The position numbers and the translations under genes are program-made. A model generated the notes under the pieces. That model had not been told where the DNA came from. It made no database searches and saw only the letters and a program-made list of their open reading frames with translations. Shown piece after piece: positions 8,767-17,300 of a DNA stretch of 64,000 bases. Source of the stretch: Pseudomonadales bacterium (lineage in GTDB: Bacteria; Patescibacteriota; Microgenomatia; UBA1400; PJMF01); assembly GCA_020632255.1 (NCBI GenBank), contig JACKFX010000003.1, forward strand, positions 48,119 through 112,118, in the 5' to 3' direction. Position 1 is the stretch's first letter, and the number at the start of each line of letters is the position of its first letter.

Positions 8767-8891
8767 GTAAAGACATAGACAAAAAGAGACGCTCAGCAAC
8801 ACTTCGCTGCTTGTAGCATCTCCAGAGGCTTTGTGCCATCTTCAAGATTACTTGTCGATGCTACAAAGCCTCTTTTTGTCTATGTCTTTAC
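8767..8891. repeat. MITE-like element: perfect 22-bp terminal inverted repeats GTAAAGACATAGACAAAAAGAG / CTCTTTTTGTCTATGTCTTTAC flanking ~81 bp with nested inverted repeats
   Basis: Left arm 8767-8788, right arm 8870-8891. Inner IRs are TGTAGCATC/GATGCTACA and GAGGCTTTG/CAAAGCCTC. The downstream spacer also has GAAGGCG-ttt-GCGCCTTC and GAGCCACGGA..TCCGTGGCTC hairpins, and a 24-nt direct repeat TCAGCAACACTTCGCTG.T..GTAG at 8793-8816 and 9032-9055. Confidence 0.45.
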
Positions 8892-9085
8892 TCACAGAGA
8901 ACTTGCTTTGAAGGCGTTTGGCGCCTTCTCCAAGCTCAGTGAGCCACGGACACAAATCACAAACAAGAACATGTAGATAGTCCGTGGCTCAAATGCTTCT
9001 GCAGCACTAAGTAGCTTTTTTTGCTAGTTGTTCAGCAACACTTCGCTGTTCGTAGAAGATTGATCTTTGACGTTTTACCTATTAA

Positions 9086-9113
9086 AATGCCTCGCTGTAC
9101 GCGAGGCATTTTT
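9086..9113. terminator. rho-independent terminator (groEL 3' end; convergent with pgeF)
   Basis: AATGCCTCGC-tgta-GCGAGGCATT followed by TTT. Confidence 0.6.
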
Positions 9114-9117
9114 GCGT

Positions 9118-9723
9118 CTATTTGAGTGCAATCCCAAAATAATTCATCTGTACCCCCTCACCCTCAACACGGTAGGAGTGGTACTCATCCGAGAAGCACT
9201 CGGTGCAATCGCCTTCAACGGTGAGGGAAATTTTTTCAGGATCAAATACTTGGTACGCTTGTGCCATATTTTCGGCAATCAAGCTGTAGTGAGTGTCGGT
9301 TTGACGGTCAATCTGGTAGCATTCTTCGCAGATTGCTGGGCCAAACCAGAGAGAAATACCTTCAGTAATATGCTTTCCATTTTTTAGAAAAGTGAGCACT
9401 TTTTTAAGTATTTCTTGCTGAGTTGATTTTCTGCCGGCATGGATAGCTCCAACTATTCCGGATGGGTGGTACAGCAAGATAGGGAGGCAGTCAGCAGTTT
9501 TGACGGTGAGTAAAAGTCTGGAGTTTGAGGTTAGAACCCCATCAACTCCAGGAATTTTTTCAATGAATTCAGTACGCTCAGTAAAGTCACTGCCATGAAC
9601 CTGTTCCATGGTGACGAGTTTTTTTTGATGTGCTTGTGAAAACGCTGTAACTTCTGAAAAATTGCCAAATTTGTTGGTTCTGATGGTGAGTGCTTTTTGG
9701 GGATGAAAAAATGACTGAATCAT
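9118..9723 (-). CDS. pgeF: peptidoglycan editing factor PgeF / YfiH (DUF152, laccase-domain) family protein
   Basis: ..MEQVHGSD.., ..KTADCLPILLY.. and ..GAIHAGRK.. match the conserved His/Cys/His motifs of the YfiH family. Confidence 0.7.
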   Translation of the reverse strand: MIQSFFHPQKALTIRTNKFGNFSEVTAFSQAHQKKLVTMEQVHGSDFTERTEFIEKIPGVDGVLTSNSRLLLTVKTADCLPILLYHPSGIVGAIHAGRKSTQQEILKKVLTFLKNGKHITEGISLWFGPAICEECYQIDRQTDTHYSLIAENMAQAYQVFDPEKISLTVEGDCTECFSDEYHSYRVEGEGVQMNYFGIALK

Positions 9724-9734
9724 TATGAAAAGTG

Positions 9735-9808
9735 TAGCAAGGGAGAGATTTGAACTCTCGACCTTCGGTTTATGAATCCGATGCTCTAACCAACTGAGCT
9801 ACCTTGCC
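9735..9808 (-). tRNA. tRNA with CAU anticodon (elongator Met or lysidine-modified Ile2)
   Basis: Reverse complement GGCAAGG-TA-GCTC-AGTTGGTTA-GAGC-A-TCGGA-TTCATAA-ACCGA-AGGTC-GAGAG-TTCAAAT-CTCTC-CCTTGCT-A folds as a 74-nt cloverleaf with U33 and A37. There is a G1-U72 wobble, and CCA is not encoded. Confidence 0.8.
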
Positions 9809-9850
9809 ATTTGTTGTTAATTGAGGGGGTTCCCTTGACAGAGTGTAATT

Positions 9851-9891
9851 ATACCAGATTTTTGACAGCGATAAAGATCTGATGTATACTA
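9851..9891. promoter_or_regulatory. divergent tRNA promoters: plus-strand TTGACA-17-TATACT, minus-strand extended -10 TGGTATAAT
   Basis: Plus strand: -35 at 9862-9867 and -10 at 9885-9890. The minus-strand extended -10 is the reverse complement of 9851-9859. A leader hairpin CTGTCC-taa-GGACAG followed by a T-run (9897-9922) lies between the plus promoter and tRNA-fMet. Confidence 0.4.
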
Positions 9892-9933
9892 TCATCCTGT
9901 CCTAAGGACAGACTTTTTATTTAAAAGAATACG

Positions 9934-10002
9934 CGCGGGATAGTGTACGGTGCACGTGAGGCTCATAATCTCACAGGCTAGGTTCGACTCCTAGTCCCGC
10001 AA
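9934..10002 (+). tRNA. initiator-type tRNA-fMet (CAU anticodon, C1xA72 mismatch), unusually short (~69 nt)
   Basis: CGCGGGA-TA-GTGT..CAC-G-TGAGG-CTCATAA-TCTCA-CAGG-CTAGG-TTCGACT-CCTAG-TCCCGCA-A. It has the classic CTCATAA anticodon loop, a TTCGACT T-loop, and an unpaired C1/A72 as in bacterial initiator tRNA. The D-arm and variable loop are short. Confidence 0.7.
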
Positions 10003-10003
10003 A

Positions 10004-10150
10004 TTAAATAAAAAGGCTCCCTACTGGGAGTCTTTTTATTTAAGTGTGTGGTTGAATTTGAGTTGGTTGGCTTTGCCAACACGAATCTGACCGAGCCTCT
10101 GCTAGGGAATATCCGAAGCATGGGCGGAGGACCCAATCCCGCAAACTGAA
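10004..10150. repeat. ~145-bp repeat element, copy 1 (terminator hairpin + conserved ~110-nt segment)
   Basis: It aligns with 11537-11686, e.g. GGGAGT.TTTTTATTTAAG..TGTGGTT.A.TTTG.GTT..TTGG....CCAAC.CGAATCTGACCGA...GGCGGAG..., with compensatory changes in the TTGGC-ttt-GCCAA / TTGGT-gaa-GCCAA hairpin. Confidence 0.6.
10015..10040 (+). terminator. rho-independent terminator after tRNA-fMet
   Basis: GGCTCCC-tact-GGGAGTC followed by TTTTTATTT. Confidence 0.55.
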
Positions 10151-10235
10151 GAAGAGACCTAATTATGGTTCCTTTTTATTACATATATTTGATTATGATA
10201 AAATATCTTAGTTAGTAAAAAATAAATGGAAACTT

Positions 10236-10796
10236 ATGGCGGAAATACATATTAGAGCTGATCATGAGAGATTTGTTAGTCAGGATTTCATGCCCTCATC
10301 AAAAGAAGACTTATCTATTGTGTTTGAAGCTTTGTATAGAACATTTTCAAAATTATATCAACTCAAGTATGGGGTTCCTAAAGATGATATTGCTGGAATC
10401 CTGACTGATTTTACTTCATTAGGAGAAAGTGAATTATTACAAGTTAATACTTGGTGGACGCCAACAGAAGACTGGCCAGTCGATCGAATGTTAGAGGTTG
10501 GCTCTCAGCAAATTGCCTTAGCGATTTACCAATTACATTTTTCTGAAAATATGTTGGTAACGAGCACGATTGAACAAAGAGGTGTTGATCCTCAATTGAA
10601 TAAGACAATATTTGTGTATGGCTATAAGGATAAAGATGGCATTGTTCATGTGACTCAAGAAAAACCAATGATTGATGAATTTGGTAAGCAGATTATTGTG
10701 AATGGCACGCCTCAATATGACTCTGTTCAAGTTGAATATACTCAAGAAGATCTGAGGGTTTTAGCTGATGAGCTTGGTGAGTCAGATGCAGAGTAG
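10236..10796 (+). CDS. hypothetical protein (orphan, AT-rich)
   Basis: 186-aa ORF in the AT-rich islet. No recognisable domain. Confidence 0.45.
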   Translation: MAEIHIRADHERFVSQDFMPSSKEDLSIVFEALYRTFSKLYQLKYGVPKDDIAGILTDFTSLGESELLQVNTWWTPTEDWPVDRMLEVGSQQIALAIYQLHFSENMLVTSTIEQRGVDPQLNKTIFVYGYKDKDGIVHVTQEKPMIDEFGKQIIVNGTPQYDSVQVEYTQEDLRVLADELGESDAE

Positions 10797-10980
10797 GTTC
10801 TATTAATGAATTATATCAAAAAAACTACAACTTACTTGCACTTACATAGTCGTAAAGAACTTTGAAAAAAGTGTTGATTTTTATACTTCTTTACTTCAAT
10901 TAAGACTCCCAATGGATCTACTATTGGATTATTCTTAATTCTCCAAAATAAAAATCATCATTCTTTATAAAATAGGTTCG

Positions 10981-11003
10981 GATATCATCCCACATTCTCA
11001 ACA
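10981..11003. repeat. short direct repeat GATATCATCCCACATTC.CAACA (copy 1; copy 2 at 11513-11536)
   Basis: 22/24 nt identical. The flanking ~130 bp also show patchy similarity (10870-11005 vs 11400-11535). Confidence 0.5.
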
Positions 11004-11170
11004 ATAGTTCTCAGAAATAAACAAGTAATTCTTCTCATCAATCCAATTTTTAGGTTCTAATCCTTAATTTCATACAACTTGTTCCCTCAAGAAGATTTTA
11101 CGATATATGCTGGGATTAGAACTTATGATATACTTTGTACCACTTAATAACTATTTGTAAGAAAGATAAA

Positions 11171-11401
11171 ATGACAAAAGAAGTAGTAATTGATTGCGAA
11201 CAACCTATTGATGGGTTTGGAGGTCTAGTTATAATTTTATCTTATGTGCTTAACAGCATTCCAGTGAATGAATTATCTGCTGAACAACAAAAACAAATTG
11301 TATTTAATTTACCAGATGATTTAAGTGACTCAGAAATTAGGGCAATTATTGAACCGTGCATTGGTAATTTTGTTTTGCAAGTTGTCATTAATACTCTATA
11401 A
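11171..11401 (+). CDS. hypothetical small protein
   Basis: ORF MTKEVVIDCEQ.., inside the ORF-track 11135..11401. No domain recognised. Confidence 0.3.
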   Translation: MTKEVVIDCEQPIDGFGGLVIILSYVLNSIPVNELSAEQQKQIVFNLPDDLSDSEIRAIIEPCIGNFVLQVVINTL

Positions 11402-11536
11402 CACATATTATCCATCAGGTATATTTCTCCACTCCCAGTACTCCCTTTCACTGGGAATTTCCATCGCCAGCTCGGGGAAAACAAACTTCTCACAGCTAAT
11501 AATCCAGATTCTGATATCATCCCACATTCGCAACAC

Positions 11537-11686
11537 TTAAATAATAATACTGCCTTTTGGGAGTATTTTTATTTAAGCTTGTGGTTAACTTTGGGTTATT
11601 TGGTGAAGCCAACGCGAATCTGACCGAAGCGCAAGCGAGAGAATGTCAGGGGCGGAGACGAAAGACCCAGCTTACGCAAATTCATT
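11537..11686. repeat. ~145-bp repeat element, copy 2
   Basis: See copy 1. It starts with a degenerate hairpin TACTGCC-tttt-GGGAGTA-TTTTT. Confidence 0.6.
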
Positions 11687-12042
11687 CATTAATAGCTAAG
11701 ACTATTTTTATCCCAATTCCTTATCTAAAACAATTTTGATTTGATTATTTTTCTCTGAAAAAGAAAGACAACATATGAAAAAGCCCATGACGATATTCAA
11801 CAATTACTTAAATCTGGTTTATCAGACAAATTAGGTTTTGATTACTAAACAAAACTCTATACGCCAAATTCGATTAAGGTTGAGTAAGTAGGCCTAGAGA
11901 TTGACAAATGGATTATTTCTTGAAATAGTTATACCAAGAAGTTAAGAGAAACCACGACAATGGGACTCATGCTGTAAACCACAGAAATAGAGCACATTCA
12001 GAAAGGATCGACTCTTCATTAAAGAATCTGTTAAAAATTTCT

Positions 12043-13398
12043 ATGCCCAAATATTCGAAAAAAAAATCAAAAACCCCTTCAATAATTTCTGTTTTTCAAG
12101 CAACTGTGGTAGCCATAGTCGGCATTGGATTAACCGCTTTGCTGTTTTTGATAACTCAAAATCAAGATCTGCGACAACAAGCCTCAACTCAAAACAATAC
12201 CGACATAGTCGTATGTCCCCTCGATTCTTCTCTTACTGATTGCAACTATTTTGGTCCTCTTGGTATCCAACAAGCGTTGTCGGCTGTAGAACCTAACGGG
12301 CAAATTCTCATTAAAGCCGGACAATACGCGCTAGATTCAACTTCACAAACTGTCTTTAGAATTGACTCTAAAAACATTTCTATCAAGGGCGAAGGTCGAT
12401 ATCAAACCACTTTACTTCATTCGTCCAACACCGAGAATGATCCCGGTAGTGTGATTTTTGACATTGGTGGAAATTCTCATGTTGCTATTTCGGATCTTGG
12501 AATTGTACAAAAGGGAAGCTCCTTAGATCAAAGAGTCTTTGCGGTTAAAGCATTTGCATACGGTAGAGATCAACAAAATATTACTGTCGAAAGTTGCTAT
12601 TTCGAGGGTGGACTTGGCTTTATTCCGATCAGCATTGGTTCGTATGATCATAGTCTTACCAACAGTCTTGTGGTCGGTAACATCATGATCGCTCATTATG
12701 GAGGAATAAAAGTCTATAGTGGCAGTACTTCAGACACAAAGGCCGAAATAAAAAATAATATTCTCTTTGGTTCTATTGATCCAGAAAGAAGAATCGTTTC
12801 AATTATTTCCTCCGATCCCATTGATGGCGTGTCTGGAGTTCTAACTGCAGTTGTTCAAAATAATGCTGCTGGTGGTAATGGAGCTAATGCTTTTGATTGT
12901 TATAATGCCTCTGGAAACGAACACTCTCTTAAGTGCGAATTAACCAACAATATAGCTTTTCAAAACAGTCGCCTTGGGTTTTCAAGTAACACTGTAGTAA
13001 ATTTCGCATTGTTTGAATATAACCTAGGATTTGAAAATCGCGCTGGAAATTGGCCATCGGGTTGGCCAGGATTTCCACCCACAACTAATATCTCTGCGGA
13101 CGCCCTTTTTCAGACATCAAATACAACCAAAAGAGTAAAGGCAGAAGATTATATGCTACTCCCTAACTCTCCAGCTCGTAATGGGGGAAATCCACAAATT
13201 TTTGATCCAGATGGCTCCAGATCAGACATAGGACCTTTGGGCGGACCAAATGCTTGCAAATTATTGGCAACCTTGCCAGGTTGCACATTGCCCTCGACTC
13301 CAGAGTCTAAAACTGATCCTAAGGAAAATAAAGAAGCAGGCTCGCAAATACTGCGTCAGCAAAAAGAGGTGGATGTTCCCATCCGTGTGTCTAAGTAG
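12043..13398 (+). CDS. membrane-anchored right-handed parallel beta-helix repeat protein (pectate-lyase/NosD-like fold)
   Basis: N-terminal TM helix SIISVFQATVVAIVGIGLTALLFLI. This is followed by G/N/S/I-rich repeats typical of beta-helix proteins (NISIKGEG.., IGGNSHVAISDLGI.., GNIMIAHYGGIKV..). Confidence 0.5.
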   Translation: MPKYSKKKSKTPSIISVFQATVVAIVGIGLTALLFLITQNQDLRQQASTQNNTDIVVCPLDSSLTDCNYFGPLGIQQALSAVEPNGQILIKAGQYALDSTSQTVFRIDSKNISIKGEGRYQTTLLHSSNTENDPGSVIFDIGGNSHVAISDLGIVQKGSSLDQRVFAVKAFAYGRDQQNITVESCYFEGGLGFIPISIGSYDHSLTNSLVVGNIMIAHYGGIKVYSGSTSDTKAEIKNNILFGSIDPERRIVSIISSDPIDGVSGVLTAVVQNNAAGGNGANAFDCYNASGNEHSLKCELTNNIAFQNSRLGFSSNTVVNFALFEYNLGFENRAGNWPSGWPGFPPTTNISADALFQTSNTTKRVKAEDYMLLPNSPARNGGNPQIFDPDGSRSDIGPLGGPNACKLLATLPGCTLPSTPESKTDPKENKEAGSQILRQQKEVDVPIRVSK

Positions 13399-13433
13399 TC
13401 AGAATCAATCTACAATCCTTTTGGTCGAAAAAT

Positions 13434-14219
13434 TTAGGCATCAAACCAGGCTACGCACACTGCATTCGCATTGTGGAACGGTTGATCATACTTTGCTTTT
13501 GAAACATCCTTGTAACGAACCTGCCTCCATGCATTTAGATGCGTGGTTCTTTGTAGAAAATATGTTCGTGTAAATCCAAAAAAACCAGATTTCAACAATA
13601 CATCCAAATTAGGATTATATCCCAGTGGAAACGTCACTAATAATCTACCTCCAGGATTGAGTAAACCTTTTAGAGTATGTAGTGCTTTTAAAGTTTTACA
13701 TCGATCTGGCGCGTCTTCATCATAACCAACATGTTCGAGTGTGGAAATTCCACAGATGTAGTCGAACTTAGTTCTTGGACTGTACTCAATTACATCTTCA
13801 TTAATAACATGGCCTGCTTTTTCATATTTGTCTAACACAGTGTAATTTAGAAATCCACACTTCTTCGCACCTTCTTGGAGGTTACTTAGCGGAAAGTAGT
13901 GAGACAACACATCGCCCACCTCAAGCACAGAAAATGAAAACTCTTTGCTCTCAATAGTATCTCTCCAAGGCTTTGAAGCCGTCTGCAAAAGTTTTTTTCT
14001 AAGTTGTATATGTAAAAATCTCCATGCGATAGGAACTTCTACTGCTCGCTCATTCTTCCAGGTAGCGTTATAGCGATGACAGAAATATGAATACTTCTTA
14101 CCTAAAAATACAAACCTTTTATAACGAAAGGTTTTTCGAGCAAACTCAAAACTGTGAATGAGTCGTAGAAATGGTGATTGAATATCAAATGGGAGTAAAA
14201 ACATTACATGAATTATCAC
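13434..14219 (-). CDS. class I SAM-dependent methyltransferase-like protein
   Basis: LEVGDVLSHYF.. and ..ISTLEHVGYDEDAPDRCKTLKALHTLKGLLNPGGRLLVTFP resemble MTase motif I/II and post-II regions. Confidence 0.45.
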   Translation of the reverse strand: MIIHVMFLLPFDIQSPFLRLIHSFEFARKTFRYKRFVFLGKKYSYFCHRYNATWKNERAVEVPIAWRFLHIQLRKKLLQTASKPWRDTIESKEFSFSVLEVGDVLSHYFPLSNLQEGAKKCGFLNYTVLDKYEKAGHVINEDVIEYSPRTKFDYICGISTLEHVGYDEDAPDRCKTLKALHTLKGLLNPGGRLLVTFPLGYNPNLDVLLKSGFFGFTRTYFLQRTTHLNAWRQVRYKDVSKAKYDQPFHNANAVCVAWFDA

Positions 14220-14370
14220 CTACGTCTAATCAGGAGTAAACTAGCACATTATAATTTTGCTCGAGCGAGACACTTGCTAGTTTCAGGTAAATGAACTCAA
14301 TCAATGCTGGAAGGGAACACCTTACTTGAAATGGACCCTTCACTAGATGACTGCAATTGGACAAGGTGTA

Positions 14371-17300
14371 TTACAATCCGTTTAAAAATCCAAATACTTC
14401 ACGCAAATTGGTTATGACAAGATCAAATGCATTATCCGTTGCTTTTGGGGTAATCGTAACGGTATCGATAGATCTCGACTCATTGTTAGCGCTATCTCTT
14501 GAAATTGCTCGTAAATGATATACCTTAGAAGGGGTTAAGCCCGAAACAATAACTAGATGATTGTAGGTGAGTGTTCGATCTTCTTGAGTGGTTTGAGAAT
14601 AACTCACTCCCGTGCCATCACCAAATTCAACCTGCGAAGTCGCTGGCTCATCTGTTGTCCATGTCACAACAAGTTGCGAATTAGACTCTTGGGCGGTTGT
14701 ATTTACCTGAGGAACATTAGTTCCCTCAACAGTTAGATCGGTAATTCTTGGTGGTCGTGTATCTGTGGCCGTAGTAAATCGTAAGTTGTCAGATACTGCC
14801 TCATTACCAATTCTGTCTCTTCCTTTTACAATTAAAATGTACGATGTTTCGGGCAGTAAGCCAGGCACTATCATTTCATGTTCTCCATCAAGCAGTTCTA
14901 TATCGACTGCATCTCGAGCATATTCCGGGTTTGACTCAGGGTAGAAGGTAATAATTGATGAAATCGGCGTGTTCGATTCCCATGTCACTCGTATTGACGA
15001 CTGAGCTGTGTTGGCAACTTGCTGTACTCTCACATTACTCACTTCAGGTCGTGGTAGGGTTTCAAAATCGAGGATTGTGCCAGCATATGTGTCTGCTTCA
15101 GAATCTTCTGTGTCAATTTTAAAGTAATATTTTGTGCCATCATCCAAATCCGAGAGTTGAATCGCGTACGTCGTTTCTAAAGAAGACGTTGCAATTGTTT
15201 CAATGCCACCAAATGAGGTTGACTTGCCGTAACTAATGTTGGCTGCAGATGCACCAACTGTAGTAAATTCAATCAAAGCCGAATCTATGCCAATGTTTTT
15301 AACTACAACATCTTTCACCAACGGTGCAGGATTTGTCTGGAAGCTTTTTTCTTCTGACTCTCCAGTGTTACCATCCTCGTCGGTCCATTTTGTTTTATAG
15401 TAGTATGTCTTTCCGGGTTCTAAATTAATGAGATTAATTGTGTGTTCAGAAACTTGAGTAGAATTTGAAGTTTCTTCATCCTCGTAATTGCCTGAGCTCG
15501 TTCCAATAGAAACTTTACTATCACTAGTTCTAGCGGTAGTCCACGTAATGGTTGCACGTTTGGTTGTAATTGATGAAGCTGCGGGTCCAGAGGTCAGCTC
15601 TGCTGGCTCAGTGTATGCGCCTTTGGGAATAAGTGAGACCGCATTACTGTATGAGGGACTTGCGATCGATTCGTCAGATGAGTCAGTCGCGGCAACGCGC
15701 CAATAGTACAAGCTGGACGTACTGAGAGTGTCTAAAAAGGCCAAGCCGCTTGTGCTATCTATGTCTGTCCATGAATTGGCATCATTCGATCTTTGAATGG
15801 TATACGTAAGATCTCCTGTGCCTCTATAATCTGGGCTAGACCAAGCTAATGATGCTCTCCACAACGAGGCAGTCTTGACCGATGCGTCTGAAACAACGAG
15901 TGATTGGGGGGCATCCGGTAACGACGAATCTAGAGTGAAGTTTCCATAAATATAATTACTCTGTGAATAATTTTGGTTGTCATCAACTGCCACTACATAT
16001 ATCGTATTTGAACCCTTCCGCACATTAGACAATGACGTTGTAGAAATACTTGTTTGGGTTGTGGGCACATATGTTGCCGAATTTGAAGTAATAGTTTGAT
16101 ACAAGGCTGGTGGAGCAGTATTAATCATATAGTAGTAGTTTGTAATGGTTCTGCCATCTGATGGGGTCGCATCGGGCCAATTAAATGAATACATATTTTC
16201 CGTATTGGTGGAAGGTGTTATTGTGACCACAGCCGAGCTGTCGAAAGCCGGTGCTTCTCCTCCATATTCTAGGGGGGCAGTTGTAAACGCGGAAGCATTA
16301 CCCGCCCTATCAACGGTTCTAAAATAGAGTACATTACTCCCAACAATAATGTCGTCTCCAACCACGCTTGCATTCAGTGAAAAGGGCTGAGCCGAATCTG
16401 TGGCAATATACTCATATCCAGTGGTGACGTCGGTTATAATTCCTCTCCACGTGTCTGTTGAATTAACAGCGTATTGATAGCCCAAAATACCCGAACCTGC
16501 ATCGCTTGCTGCTTGCGGACCACTGATAGGCCAATAAAAATTCATATCAGCAATACTAGATACACTCCCCGAAGAAGCGGAGATTGTTTTGACATTATTA
16601 GGAGATGTACCATCAAAATAAAATGAAAAAGTACTACTAGCTGTATCATTTTGCCCAGCATTATTCGCAGTATCTATTGGTCGAATTTTGAAGTAATAGG
16701 GTTCACTGCTAGAGGAAAGCCATGTGTTTCCTCTCAACGCCGTATTGGAAAAATCAACCGAGTTATCATCGATAATAAATTGGCAGTTAGATCCTGTGGT
16801 AGAAACTGGAGAGGCCCCCAGTAATCCCTTTTGAGTTGAAGGATCACCGTCAGGATCAGTGCCTAAATACAGGCAGTAGCCCTTGAGTCCAGAAGTATCG
16901 CCATTTGTAATCCAAGAAAAGTAGATATCCGAACGACTAAACCAGACCACAGATGAATCGTCTGTGTGCGTTGTGGGATGGGCCGCATAAGCCTTCATGT
17001 TTGTGGTCACCACATTTGTAGGGGAAGTCGTATCAATTGCAAATGCTGGGTCTCCGGATGCATCAACCCAGGCTGATTCAGCGTCGTTTTCATCAATTGT
17101 TTTTACTCTCCAATAATAGTCACCTTCTGCCAAAGTCTGCCCTGCAGAACCAACTGCATATGTTCCAGATCCAGCGTTCTGACCAACGGTAAATGAAGCA
17201 GATCCCTGCAGCATTAGCGATCCAGTAAAGTCAATGACCACTGAAGAAAAATCGGCAGTATCAGCAACTTGAATTTGATACTTTACCTGATTTTCTGAAT

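Noticed and set aside
10004-10150. Interpretation of the ~145-bp repeat as a classical attL/attR pair made by integration into the tRNA-fMet 3' end
   Set aside because: The repeat begins after the tRNA discriminator and does not duplicate the tRNA 3' portion. The copies are only ~75% identical rather than sharing an exact core. No integrase lies between them. They are kept as a repeat or candidate structured RNA instead.
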